DNA of 64,000 nucleotides from Thermoanaerobaculia bacterium. Lineage in GTDB: Bacteria > Acidobacteriota > Thermoanaerobaculia > UBA5066 > Gp7-AA6. Both the position numbers and the translations under genes were made by a program. Below are positions 50,488 to 59,291 of this stretch, one piece after another. The stretch is taken from assembly GCA_036505535.1 (NCBI GenBank), contig DASXTI010000148.1, positions 19,345-83,344 of the forward strand, read 5' to 3'. The notes below the pieces were generated by a model, which was not told the DNA's origin, ran no database searches, and was given only the letters and a program-made list of their open reading frames with translations. Every line of letters starts with the position of its first letter. Within the stretch, counting starts at the first letter, position 1.

Positions 50488-51192
50488 TCAGTCGGTAAAG
50501 AGGTACCGCTCGGCTTCGCGGTCCCGAGCGACGAAGGTATTGAGGATCTGATTCTCCAGGGAAAAGAGGTTCTCGAAGAGGCCCTGGAGCTCGTCGGCCC
50601 GCCGGGTGCCGGTCTGGCGGAAATCCTTGAACTCGTCCTGGAGCAGTTTTTCTCCCGTCCGCCCGTCGAGAACAAGAAAGACGATGTCGAAGAGGAACCC
50701 GGTCTGTTCCACGTAGACCTGCCGGTAGTAGGTACGGCCATCGATCGGCGAGATGTATTCCTCGGTCTTGTACCCCGACCGGTCCTCGACTTTGAACTCG
50801 AGGCTCCCGGAGACGACGATCTCCGCCATAGTCTGGGCCCCGACCGCGGCCCAGAACTCTCTGGCGCGCGAGAGCTCCGTCAGGTTCGAAGTGGGCAGCT
50901 TGACGTCCGGAGGGGTCTCCACGATCTCGAACTTCGTCTTCTTCTCGAGCTGCTTCTTCAGAAAGCGGTGGAACTCGGCCTGGAGGTCGACGTTCTGAAG
51001 CCGCTTGTCGCGAGCCTTCTCGGCGTCGGTGACCAGGATGAAGGGCGCGAGGGCGATCCGCTCGTTGCCTCGCAGCGGAAGCTTCGGTTTCAGAGGCAGA
51101 CGCAGTCGCACCTGGTCGACGCCCGCCAGCGCCGGCCCGGCCCACAGCAGCCCGGCCGCCAGCAGCAAGCCCGCCACGGTCCTACGGCGCAC
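50488..51192 (-). CDS. exported protein of unknown function (234 aa), middle gene of the TPR-X-OMP operon
   Basis: GTG 51192 gives VRRRTVAGLLLAAGLLWAGPALAG, a signal peptide. The rest is a mixed alpha/beta sequence with no recognised motif. The longer track ORF (to 51513) overlaps the TPR gene in another frame. The start is tentative. Confidence 0.55.
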   Translation of the reverse strand: MRRRTVAGLLLAAGLLWAGPALAGVDQVRLRLPLKPKLPLRGNERIALAPFILVTDAEKARDKRLQNVDLQAEFHRFLKKQLEKKTKFEIVETPPDVKLPTSNLTELSRAREFWAAVGAQTMAEIVVSGSLEFKVEDRSGYKTEEYISPIDGRTYYRQVYVEQTGFLFDIVFLVLDGRTGEKLLQDEFKDFRQTGTRRADELQGLFENLFSLENQILNTFVARDREAERYLFTD

Positions 51193-51550
51193 TGGCGGCC
51201 TTCCCCGTCGTCTTCGTGTAGGACGTGTAGAACTCGGCGAACCGCGCGTAATTGCGGCGAATGTAGTTGTTGTTCGGGTCGAGCTCCAGAGCCTTCTTGT
51301 ACTCGGCCAGAGCCCGCGCGAAGTCCCCGCTGGCCTCCAGCGCGACGGCCAGGTTGTTGTGGGCGCGTGCGTTGTTGGGCTCTTTCGCGATCGCCTGCTC
51401 GTAACGGAAAGCCGCTTCACGCCAGAGGCCCTTCTTCGCGACCGAGGAGCCGAAGGCGATCTGTGTGCCCGCTTTCTCCGTGTGGGAGTAGGACGCGCAA
51501 CCTCCCGCGACAAGAAGAAAAGCGAGAACGACGATGCGGCCTAACTTCAA
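51182..51550 (-). CDS. TPR-repeat lipoprotein
   Basis: TTG 51550 preceded by GGAGGAGGAG. LKLGRIVVLAFLLVAGGCAS (lipobox LVAGGC), followed by WREAAFRYEQAIAKEPNNARAHNNLAVALEASGDFARALAEYKKALELDPNN (TPR units). Confidence 0.7.
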   Translation of the reverse strand: MKLGRIVVLAFLLVAGGCASYSHTEKAGTQIAFGSSVAKKGLWREAAFRYEQAIAKEPNNARAHNNLAVALEASGDFARALAEYKKALELDPNNNYIRRNYARFAEFYTSYTKTTGKAASAP

Positions 51551-51628
51551 GCTCCTCCTCCGCCTTGCGGCCGGGGTGGCTATTATAGGTTTCCTGTCGA
51601 TTGGGAATCGGAGATTTGTCGTCGCGCC

Positions 51629-52765
51629 TTGGATGAAAGATACGTTAAAGACGTGAACGCGGCTTCCCTGACGCGCCGCGTCCTCTTCTCCTGGGCGCGA
51701 GGCCGCGAGCTGACCCCGCATCGACTCTGGCCGGTCCTGCGCTCCCACGGCAGCCTCGAGGCCTTACTCGCCCGGAGCGAGGCCGACTTGGCCGAGATGC
51801 TGGGCTCGCGCGATCGGGCGCGCGCGGTACTGCGCGGACCGGAGGACACCGAGGCGTTGCACTGGGCGGCCGAGGTCGAGAGAACCGGGATGCGCCTGGT
51901 CACGGCCTTCGATGAGGAGTATCCGCGGGCCCTCGCGGAAATCGCGGATCCCCCTTTTCTCCTTTACGTGCTTGGCCGCGTCGACCGGTTGCGCCTGCCG
52001 GCCGTGGCGATCGTCGGCTCGCGCGAAGCATCGCGATATGGCCGCGACGTGGCGTGGCGGCTTTCGCGGGAGCTCTCGAGCGTCGGTGTGGCGGTCGTCT
52101 CCGGTTTTGCCCGCGGAATCGACGCGGCAGCGCACGAAGCCGCGCTGGATGGCCCGGGCGGGACGATCGCGGTCCTCGGGTGCGGTCTCGACGTCGATTA
52201 CCCTCGCGAGCACCATCGGCTCAAGGAGAGGCTCTCCTCCGGCAACCTGCTCGTCTCGGAATTCCCGCCCGGCGCCGAGCCCCGTCCCGAGAACTTCCCG
52301 ATTCGCAACCGAATCATCGCCGGCCTCTCCTCGGGGGTCGTCGTCGTCGAGGCCTCACGCCGGTCGGGCTCGCTGATTACGGCCCGACTCGCCAACGATT
52401 TCGGGCGCGACGTCTTCGCGGTTCCGGGCTCGATCTTTTCGGAGACCTCTGCGGGCGCGCACGAGCTCCTTCGCGACGGCGCGATCCTGTGCCGGAGCGC
52501 CGAGGATGTCCTCGCCGAGCTCTTCCCCTCCGTCGGGCCGGCCCAGCGGCTTCCCGCTGCGGGCTCCCCGGCGCTCTTGACGGAGCTGTCGCCGGAGACG
52601 CGACGCGTCCTCGATCTCCTGGTGCGCGAAGAGTCGCTCTCGGCCGAGGAGCTTGCCCGCGCGCTCGAGCTGCCCGCCGCAACCGTTTTGGCCAGCCTCT
52701 TCGAGCTCGAGGGCGCGGGCCTCGCGCTGTCGGAAGGGGGACGATACGGAGTGGTCCGGCGCTAA
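51629..52765 (+). CDS. dprA: DNA-processing protein DprA (Smf)
   Basis: ..AIVGSREASRYG...A..L...L...G..VVSG.ARGIDAAAHEAAL...G.TIAVLG.GLDV.YP.EH..L......GNLL.SEFPPG..P....FP.RNRIIAGLS..VVVVEA...SGSLITA; C-terminal wHTH. TTG start in the track is uncertain. Confidence 0.9.
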   Translation: MDERYVKDVNAASLTRRVLFSWARGRELTPHRLWPVLRSHGSLEALLARSEADLAEMLGSRDRARAVLRGPEDTEALHWAAEVERTGMRLVTAFDEEYPRALAEIADPPFLLYVLGRVDRLRLPAVAIVGSREASRYGRDVAWRLSRELSSVGVAVVSGFARGIDAAAHEAALDGPGGTIAVLGCGLDVDYPREHHRLKERLSSGNLLVSEFPPGAEPRPENFPIRNRIIAGLSSGVVVVEASRRSGSLITARLANDFGRDVFAVPGSIFSETSAGAHELLRDGAILCRSAEDVLAELFPSVGPAQRLPAAGSPALLTELSPETRRVLDLLVREESLSAEELARALELPAATVLASLFELEGAGLALSEGGRYGVVRR

Positions 52766-52899
52766 GTGCCTCTGCGGAATCCTCCTCGCGGACGGAAGCG
52801 TATTTCGAGCACGGTCCGGGAATAGCCTTGTGTTCTCGGGAGGCGGGAACGGCGCGGTTTGCGCTTTCCCCTCTGTTATGAGACCGTCCCTCGCCCTAT

Positions 52900-55473
52900 A
52901 TGGCTAAGTCGATCGTCATCGTCGAGTCCCCCGCGAAGGCAAAGACACTCGAGAAGTTCCTCGGAAGAGACTTCAAGGTGTTCGCGTCCTACGGGCACGT
53001 GCGCGATCTGCCGCGCAAAGGCCTCGGGGTGGATCGCGGACATGCCTACAAGCCGACCTACGAGATCCTGCAGGGCAAAGAGAAGACGATCAACCAGCTG
53101 CGCAAGGCCGCGAAGACCGCCGATCTCGTCTATCTCGCCGCCGATCCCGACCGCGAAGGCGAGGCGATCTCCTGGCACCTGCGCGAAACGCTGAAGCCCG
53201 GCGCGGGCAAGACCACCTTCCGGCGCGTCCGTTTCAACGAGATCACGAAGAAGGCCGTCCTCGCCGCGATGGAGCACGCGGGCGAGATCGATGCGCGTTT
53301 GGTCGACGCGCAACAGGCGCGCCGCATCATCGACCGGCTCGTCGGCTACGAAGTCTCGGATCTCCTCTGGAGGAAGATTTGGCGGGGTCTGTCGGCCGGA
53401 CGCGTGCAGACGGTGGCGCTGCGGATCATCTGCGAGCGAGAGAAGGAGATCGAGTCCTTCGTTCCGGTCGAGTACTGGACAGTCGACGCCGAGCTCGAAG
53501 GCGAGAACCCGCCTGCCTTCACCGCGCGCCTCACCGCCTTCGACGGGGAGAAGCTAAAGTTCGACGGTACGGACCCGCGGCTTGCCGATGAGCAGGCGGC
53601 CCGCCGCGTGCGCGAGGAGGCAGCGGGGGCGACCTGGAAAGTCGCGTCGGTCGAGACCTCCGAGCGGCGCCGGAATCCGCCTCCCCCCTTCATCACGTCG
53701 CAGCTGCAGCAGGCCGCGGCCCGCCGCCTCGGTTTCGCCGTGCGCCGGACGATGCAGATCGCACAGCGGCTCTACGAGGGGCGTGAGATTCCCGGGCGCG
53801 GGACGGTCGGCCTGATCACCTACATGCGGACCGACTCCACGCGCGTCTCCGAAGACGCGCTCTCGGCCGTGCGGGAGTTGATCGAGAAACAGTACGGTGC
53901 AGGGCTGCGGCCGGAGTCGCCGCGCTACTTCAAGGGTCGCCGGGACACGCAGGACGCTCACGAGGCGATCCGGCCGACGTACCTGGATCTGCCGCCCGAC
54001 GAGGTCGCCCGACATGTCTCGCCCGAGGAGGGCAAGCTCTACCGGTTGATCTGGGAGCGTTTCGTCGCCTCACAGATGTCGGCCGCCCTCTACGACGCGA
54101 CCTCGGCCGAGATCACGGCCGGGCGCGCCGCCTACCGGGCCTCCGGATCGACGCTCAAGTTCCCCGGATACCTGTCCGCCTACGGAATCTCGGCCGACGA
54201 GGAAGACGATGCGGAGAAGGATTCACCGCGCCTGCCGCCGCTCTCCCAGGGCGAGACATTGAAGCTTCGCGACATCAAGCCCGAGAAGAAGGAGACGCAG
54301 CCGCCGCCTCGCTTCAACGAGGCGTCGCTGGTGAAGTTCCTCGAGGAAAACGGCATCGGGAGGCCTTCGACGTACGCCGAGATTCTTCGCAAGCTCGAGG
54401 AGCGCCGGTACGTGCACAAGAGGGACCGGCGTTTCATCCCGACGGCGCTGGGGCGGACGGTCATCGAGATGCTCATCCCGTTCTTCGACGACTTCTTCGA
54501 GACCTCTTACACCGCGCGCATGGAGGAGGCTCTCGACGAGGTCGAGGAAGGCAAGCTCACCTGGACGAAGGCGCTCGCGCAGTTCGATAAGACCTTCACG
54601 CGCGACCGCAACCGCGCGCTCGAGGACATGGTCTCGGGTAAGGCGGGCATTCCGCTCGCCCAGGCGAAGCGGCTCCGGCTTTCGGTCGTGCCCGAGATCG
54701 ACGAGAAGTGCCCGCAGTGCGGCAAGAAGCTCAAGCTCCGCATGGGCAAGAACGGCCTCTTCGTCGCCTGCAGCGGGTATCCCAACTGCACCTTCACTCA
54801 GAACATCCCGGATCCCGAGGAGGACGTCGTCGACGTCTCGGAGATCGAGAACACGACGTGCGACGAGTGCGGCTCTCCGATGAAGCTGCGTCAGAGCCGC
54901 AGCGGCTCGACCTTCCTGGGTTGCTCGGCCTATCCCCGGTGCCGCCACGTGATCAACGTCGCCGTCGCCGGCGGCAAAGCCGAGGCCCGGCCCGACGAGG
55001 CGACGGGGGAGGCGTGTCCGCGCTGCGGCAGTCCGCTGGTGCGCCGGCACGGCCGGTACGGCGCATACGTGTCCTGTTCGAACTATCCGGCCTGCAAGTT
55101 CAAGCCGCCCAAGCCGATCAAAGACACGCTTGTGCGTTGCCCCAAGGACGGCGGCATCATAGCCGAGCGGCGCGGCCGTTTCCGCCCCTTCTATGGCTGC
55201 GTGAACTATCCCAATTGTGATTTTTCGCTGTCCGTCCGCCCGATTCCGGAGAAGTGTCCCGAGTGCGGGAACTCCTATCTCCTGCTCCGGCAGCGCAAGT
55301 CCGGCGACGTGCTCGCGTGCGACAAGGCCGGTTGCGGTTTCGAGAAACCGGCGGAAGAGGTTCCGCCGCTCGTCGAAATCATTCCCGAGGCGGCGCCAGA
55401 GGCCGCCGAGATGGCCGAGGATGTTGTGGCGGCAGGAAAGCCAAAGGCCTCAGGGCGGAAAGCGGCGAAGTAA
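52900..55473 (+). CDS. topA: DNA topoisomerase I with an extended multi-zinc-ribbon C-terminus
   Basis: IVIVESPAKAKTLEKFLG, YLAADPDREGEAISWH, GLITYMRTDS (catalytic Tyr). It then has about five CxxC...CxxC zinc-ribbon units (CPQCGKK..C, CDECGSP..C, CPRCGSP..C, CPKDGG, CPECGNS). Confidence 0.96.
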   Translation: MAKSIVIVESPAKAKTLEKFLGRDFKVFASYGHVRDLPRKGLGVDRGHAYKPTYEILQGKEKTINQLRKAAKTADLVYLAADPDREGEAISWHLRETLKPGAGKTTFRRVRFNEITKKAVLAAMEHAGEIDARLVDAQQARRIIDRLVGYEVSDLLWRKIWRGLSAGRVQTVALRIICEREKEIESFVPVEYWTVDAELEGENPPAFTARLTAFDGEKLKFDGTDPRLADEQAARRVREEAAGATWKVASVETSERRRNPPPPFITSQLQQAAARRLGFAVRRTMQIAQRLYEGREIPGRGTVGLITYMRTDSTRVSEDALSAVRELIEKQYGAGLRPESPRYFKGRRDTQDAHEAIRPTYLDLPPDEVARHVSPEEGKLYRLIWERFVASQMSAALYDATSAEITAGRAAYRASGSTLKFPGYLSAYGISADEEDDAEKDSPRLPPLSQGETLKLRDIKPEKKETQPPPRFNEASLVKFLEENGIGRPSTYAEILRKLEERRYVHKRDRRFIPTALGRTVIEMLIPFFDDFFETSYTARMEEALDEVEEGKLTWTKALAQFDKTFTRDRNRALEDMVSGKAGIPLAQAKRLRLSVVPEIDEKCPQCGKKLKLRMGKNGLFVACSGYPNCTFTQNIPDPEEDVVDVSEIENTTCDECGSPMKLRQSRSGSTFLGCSAYPRCRHVINVAVAGGKAEARPDEATGEACPRCGSPLVRRHGRYGAYVSCSNYPACKFKPPKPIKDTLVRCPKDGGIIAERRGRFRPFYGCVNYPNCDFSLSVRPIPEKCPECGNSYLLLRQRKSGDVLACDKAGCGFEKPAEEVPPLVEIIPEAAPEAAEMAEDVVAAGKPKASGRKAAK

Positions 55474-55552
55474 ATTGCCGATTGTCGATTGCCGATTGAA
55501 GATTGGGCCGGCCTTTCAATCGCCAATCATCAATCGCCAATCGGCAATCTAA
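55474..55552. repeat. heptamer-array inverted repeat (ATTGNNG x5 / AATCNNN x5) filling the gap between convergent topA and radical-SAM stops
   Basis: ATTGCCG ATTGTCG ATTGCCG ATTGAAG ATTGGGC - 9 nt - AATCGCC AATCATC AATCGCC AATCGGC AATCTAA. It begins at the base after the topA TAA and overlaps the minus-strand stop at 55549..55551. Confidence 0.88.
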
Positions 55553-56493
55553 TTTTCTCCCCCCGGCGCGTTCAGGAATCTCCGGAACGGATCCTTCCAG
55601 GGGAACATCTGTGCCCATCGCCAGATCCGGTCGGTCAAGGGGGGCTTGGCCGCGGGGTTCTTGAAGCACTCGGCACAGCGGGGAAGCGCGCCGAAGTCGT
55701 GGGAACGAAACCCCTCTTCGATCGTCCCAAGAAAAGGGGAGGCCGCGATCTCCAGAATCGACTTCTCGCGGACGTTCCCGAGCTTCTGCGTCCCGTCGTA
55801 GTCGTAGCAGCAGTGCGTCACGTCCCCGTTGCAGAGGATGACGAACCACTGGTAGGGCGTGCCCTGGAAACAGCCGTAGTAGGCCTGGTGAAGCTCGGTG
55901 ACTTCCGAGGTATCGAGCCCCTCGCAGGTCTTTTGGATCACGACGGCCTGAGGGTACCGGTCGAGATGGAAGAACTCTCGGAAGTCCTTGACCGACTCGT
56001 CGTGGGTCTGCAACGTGATCATCCGCTGGATCTCGACGGTGATCTTCCTTCCCTTCGACATCTCCAGAAAGCGCCGGATGTTCTCGACGACGACGTCGAA
56101 CTTTCCGCCCTTGCGGACGATTGGGTAGACCTCGGGCTTGAGCGTGTCGATGCAGATGCGGAGCTTCGAGAGCGAAGTCGCGAGGATGTCCTTCGCCCAC
56201 TTTTCGTTCAGCAGCGTCCCGTTGGTCGAGACGCAGACGCCCGGGAAGAGATCGATCGCCTCTGGCAGGCGTTTGTAAAGGAACGGCTCTCCCATCTCGT
56301 GGAGATACTTCATGGGGAGCCGCAGCTCTTTCATCTGGCGGGCGACGTCTTCGACCATTTCCCACGGCGCATCTTCGAAGGGCCGCGTCAAGACGTCCAT
56401 CGGGCACATTCCGCAGCGTAGGTTGCAGCGGGAGGTCAGTTCGAGCATGTACTTGAGCGACCGCAGCCGCAGGCCGTTCTTCCCCCGGCTCAC
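55549..56493 (-). CDS. radical SAM protein with SPASM/twitch-like Cys-rich C-terminal domain (B)
   Basis: GTG 56493 in a GTGA overlap with the upstream stop. LELTSRCNLRCGMCP (CX3CX2C), MGEPFLY, STNG. The C-terminal Cys cluster is YYGCFQG..ILCNGDVTHCCYDYDG...PRCAECF. The track ORF (to 56715) is over-extended. Confidence 0.85.
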   Translation of the reverse strand: MSRGKNGLRLRSLKYMLELTSRCNLRCGMCPMDVLTRPFEDAPWEMVEDVARQMKELRLPMKYLHEMGEPFLYKRLPEAIDLFPGVCVSTNGTLLNEKWAKDILATSLSKLRICIDTLKPEVYPIVRKGGKFDVVVENIRRFLEMSKGRKITVEIQRMITLQTHDESVKDFREFFHLDRYPQAVVIQKTCEGLDTSEVTELHQAYYGCFQGTPYQWFVILCNGDVTHCCYDYDGTQKLGNVREKSILEIAASPFLGTIEEGFRSHDFGALPRCAECFKNPAAKPPLTDRIWRWAQMFPWKDPFRRFLNAPGGEN

Positions 56494-57596
56494 GACGGCC
56501 TCCGGGCCTCGAGTCCTGCCATGGCGGCGAGAACAGGGAGCGCGTTGGCCCGATCGAAGAGGATCATCGTTCGCGCATTGCACTCGTGGGTGCAGCGGCA
56601 CAGCCGGGCATGCTTGTCGTCGACGAAGGCTCGGGCCGCCTCGCTGCCGCGGATCCTGCCGAAGTCGTATCCGGCCTCGCGCACGTTGCCGATGACCGTG
56701 CCGATCAGCTCGCATCCATGGATGTCCCCTTCCTCCGTCAGCACGTACTCCCTTTCGCCGGCGAGGCAGAAGCCTTCGAAGCCGCCGCCGCGCGCCTGGC
56801 GAGCGATGTACTCGAACCGGCGCCGATTGATCTCGCGGCGGGCGCGGGTGCGGGCACCTCGCCAGCCGGTTCGCGCCTCGTCCGGTGGATAGCGCGAGTC
56901 GATCCTGACCGACAGGCGCTCATAGAGGCCGACGTCGAGGTCCTCTTTGACGCGCGGATCGTAAGGATCCCCCCGCACGTAACCCAAGGAGTGATGATTC
57001 GGCCGGTACTTCTCGTAGATGAACTCGCAGAAGTCCTTGATCTCCTTCTGGTTGTCGCGCATGAAGACCGTGGTCACGCCGACCGTCAGATTCGGGGTCC
57101 GGCGCGAAAGCGCGAGGAGCGTTTCGAGGGTCGCGAGCGCCCGGTCGTAGAGGCCGGGCACCGCCCGCACGCGATCGTGGAAGTCGCGGAAGCCGTCGAT
57201 CGAGACCGAGATCCCGAGCGCCAGGTCCGACGAGAAGCCGCAGATTGTCTCCGCGCCGCGCGCGACCTCTTCGGGGGAAAAGCCGTTGGTCGGGATCGAC
57301 GCGGAAAAGAACCCGCAGCGATCGAAGTACACACGGATGATCTCGGGCAAGTCGCGGCGGAGGAAGGGCTCCCCGCCCGAGATCAAAAGCAGACGGATGG
57401 GTGGGAGCGTGGTCGCGAAGCGGTCGATCTCCTCCAAAGTGAGCTCGTTCTTGCCGGCGTTGATCGGATAGAAGCAGTGCGCGCACCGCGCGTTGCAGAC
57501 GGACGTCACGAAGTGCGTCCACTGCGCGATCGCTTCCCCCGGGGCGATCCAGTCGCGCGCGAGCGCCAGGCCGTGTGACAGCTTTCCCATCGTCAT
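56490..57596 (-). CDS. radical SAM protein with SPASM/twitch-like Cys-rich C-terminal domain (A)
   Basis: ATG 57596 in an ATGA overlap with the GT2 stop. VTSVCNARCAHCFY (CX3CX2C), ISGGEPFL, PTNG. The C-terminus is CLAGE..IHGCE....ARLCRCTHECNA. The track ORF (to 58055) is over-extended. Confidence 0.85.
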   Translation of the reverse strand: MTMGKLSHGLALARDWIAPGEAIAQWTHFVTSVCNARCAHCFYPINAGKNELTLEEIDRFATTLPPIRLLLISGGEPFLRRDLPEIIRVYFDRCGFFSASIPTNGFSPEEVARGAETICGFSSDLALGISVSIDGFRDFHDRVRAVPGLYDRALATLETLLALSRRTPNLTVGVTTVFMRDNQKEIKDFCEFIYEKYRPNHHSLGYVRGDPYDPRVKEDLDVGLYERLSVRIDSRYPPDEARTGWRGARTRARREINRRRFEYIARQARGGGFEGFCLAGEREYVLTEEGDIHGCELIGTVIGNVREAGYDFGRIRGSEAARAFVDDKHARLCRCTHECNARTMILFDRANALPVLAAMAGLEARRPS

Positions 57597-58453
57597 GCTC
57601 GCGTCGCGCGGCGGGCCTCGAAGAAACCCTTGATGCGCGCCACCTCGCCGGTAAGAAGAAAGGGGAAGAGCGCCGCCGCCTTGCGGGCGTAGCCGGCGCG
57701 GACCATCCGTCCGACGGTGATCCAGAGGTGGGGAAAGAAGAAGAGAAGGGCAGGGAAGCGCACCAGCATCTTGCCCGGACGCTCGTATCGCCGGCGCGTC
57801 TCGAAGATCGTCCGGCCGCACGCGACCTGTTTCCCCCAGAAGGACGCCCAATCCAGCCGCTCGTGCCGGTGGGTGATCACGATCTCCGGGTCGTACCAGA
57901 GCTTTCCGCCGCGTGCGAGGACCGCCAGGGCGAAAGCCGTGTCCTCCCCCGTGTTCGACTCCGGAAAGCGCACGGGGCCGACGGCGTCGCGGCGGTAGAC
58001 GATCCCCATCGTCGGAATGTTCCTCTTGGCCGAAGGCGCCGCCGTCGAGATCCACTCGGAGTGGTTGAGGAAGTAGTCGAGATCGCCGTAGCGTCCGGGC
58101 CGGCCGTTGGCGATCCGGCCTCCGACGGCGACGATCTCGGAATCGTTCTCGAAGGCGCGTCGGGCTCGCTCCAGCCAGTTCCGCGGGGCGACGGCGTCTG
58201 CGTCGAGAAAGGCGAGCAGCTCACCGGCGGCGGCCTCGATCCCTGCGTTGCGGGCGCCCCCCGCATTGCGGCGCGAGACGTTGCGGATGACGCGGGCTCC
58301 CGCCTGGCGCCCCACGTCAGCGGAGTCGTCCGTCGAGGCGTCGTCCACGACGAGAACCTCTCGCGGCGGCTCGGTCTGCGAAAGAGCGGAGGCCACCGCG
58401 TTGGCGACGGTGCGCTCGGCGTTGCGGCAGGGGATGATCACGCTCGCGCGCAT
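57593..58453 (-). CDS. family 2 glycosyltransferase
   Basis: MRASVIIPCRNAERTV..A..S.L.QT....EVLVVDDASTDDS, NAGGARNAGI, FLDADA (DxD). Confidence 0.88.
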   Translation of the reverse strand: MRASVIIPCRNAERTVANAVASALSQTEPPREVLVVDDASTDDSADVGRQAGARVIRNVSRRNAGGARNAGIEAAAGELLAFLDADAVAPRNWLERARRAFENDSEIVAVGGRIANGRPGRYGDLDYFLNHSEWISTAAPSAKRNIPTMGIVYRRDAVGPVRFPESNTGEDTAFALAVLARGGKLWYDPEIVITHRHERLDWASFWGKQVACGRTIFETRRRYERPGKMLVRFPALLFFFPHLWITVGRMVRAGYARKAAALFPFLLTGEVARIKGFFEARRATRA

Positions 58454-58464
58454 AAACCGTCAGT

Positions 58465-59187
58465 CTATCCCGCAATGCGCTCGGCTTTCGGCGCCGCCCT
58501 GACCAGGATGCGGTAACGGAAGAGTCGTCCGATTCCGGGAGCGCGCCACAACAGCCTCTCGATCCACCGTACGACGGGAAAGGGCGCGGGCGAGTAGGTC
58601 ATCTCGAGCAGCCGCCAACCCTCTTCCTCGAGAATCCTCGCGATTTGCCGCGGGCGTCGCACGGCGATGTGCTCCGGAAACTGCTTGAGGATCAAGCCGT
58701 GCGCCTTGAGTCTCTCGACGTAGTGATCGCGATTCGGCGTGTAGGCGACGAAGACCCCCCCCGGTCTGAGCACCCGGCGCAACGCGCCGAGCATCTGGCG
58801 CATCGTGGCGTCGTCGATGTGCTCGAGAAGGTCGAAGGCCCCCGCGACGTCGATTGAGCCGTCGGGGATCGGATCGAGGTCCGCCACGTCCCCCTTCACG
58901 AAGCGCACGTTCTCGACACTGCGCTTTGCGCGCTCGACCTCCGCGATCTCGAGCGCCTTCTCCGAGGCGTCGATTCCCACGGCCTTCCGGACTCGCGGGG
59001 CGAGCAGGAAACAGACGTCCCCACGAGCCGACCCCAGGTCCAGGACGACCTTGTCGGCCGCGGGATCGGCCAGCCTGACGATGTCGCGGTTGCGCTCGCG
59101 CCACTTGCGCTCCCTCGCCGCGAACGCCGTCACGCGATGGAGTCCCTCGAAGTACTCGTCGGAGTAGGGTTCCGCGTCGAACGCCAT
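58465..59187 (-). CDS. class I SAM-dependent methyltransferase
   Basis: VVLDLGSARGDV (motif I), GIDASEKAL, FDLLEHI, PGGVFVAYTPN. First gene of the four-gene cassette. Confidence 0.85.
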   Translation of the reverse strand: MAFDAEPYSDEYFEGLHRVTAFAARERKWRERNRDIVRLADPAADKVVLDLGSARGDVCFLLAPRVRKAVGIDASEKALEIAEVERAKRSVENVRFVKGDVADLDPIPDGSIDVAGAFDLLEHIDDATMRQMLGALRRVLRPGGVFVAYTPNRDHYVERLKAHGLILKQFPEHIAVRRPRQIARILEEEGWRLLEMTYSPAPFPVVRWIERLLWRAPGIGRLFRYRILVRAAPKAERIAG

Positions 59188-59204
59188 GGCTTCATCTTAG
59201 GCTC

Positions 59205-59274
59205 GGGGTCAGGTCTGTGAACTGTGATCTTGTTGTGTGCCCCACCGTGAATCACAGATCACAGACCTGACCCC
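59205..59274. repeat. strong inverted repeat with CTGTGAN heptamer periodicity in a divergent spacer
   Basis: GGGGTCAGGTCTGTGAACTGTGATC - 17 nt - GTGAATCACAGATCACAGACCTGACCCC. The outer 16 nt are perfectly complementary. Confidence 0.85.
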
Positions 59275-59291
59275 CCCAATAGAATCGAGTC

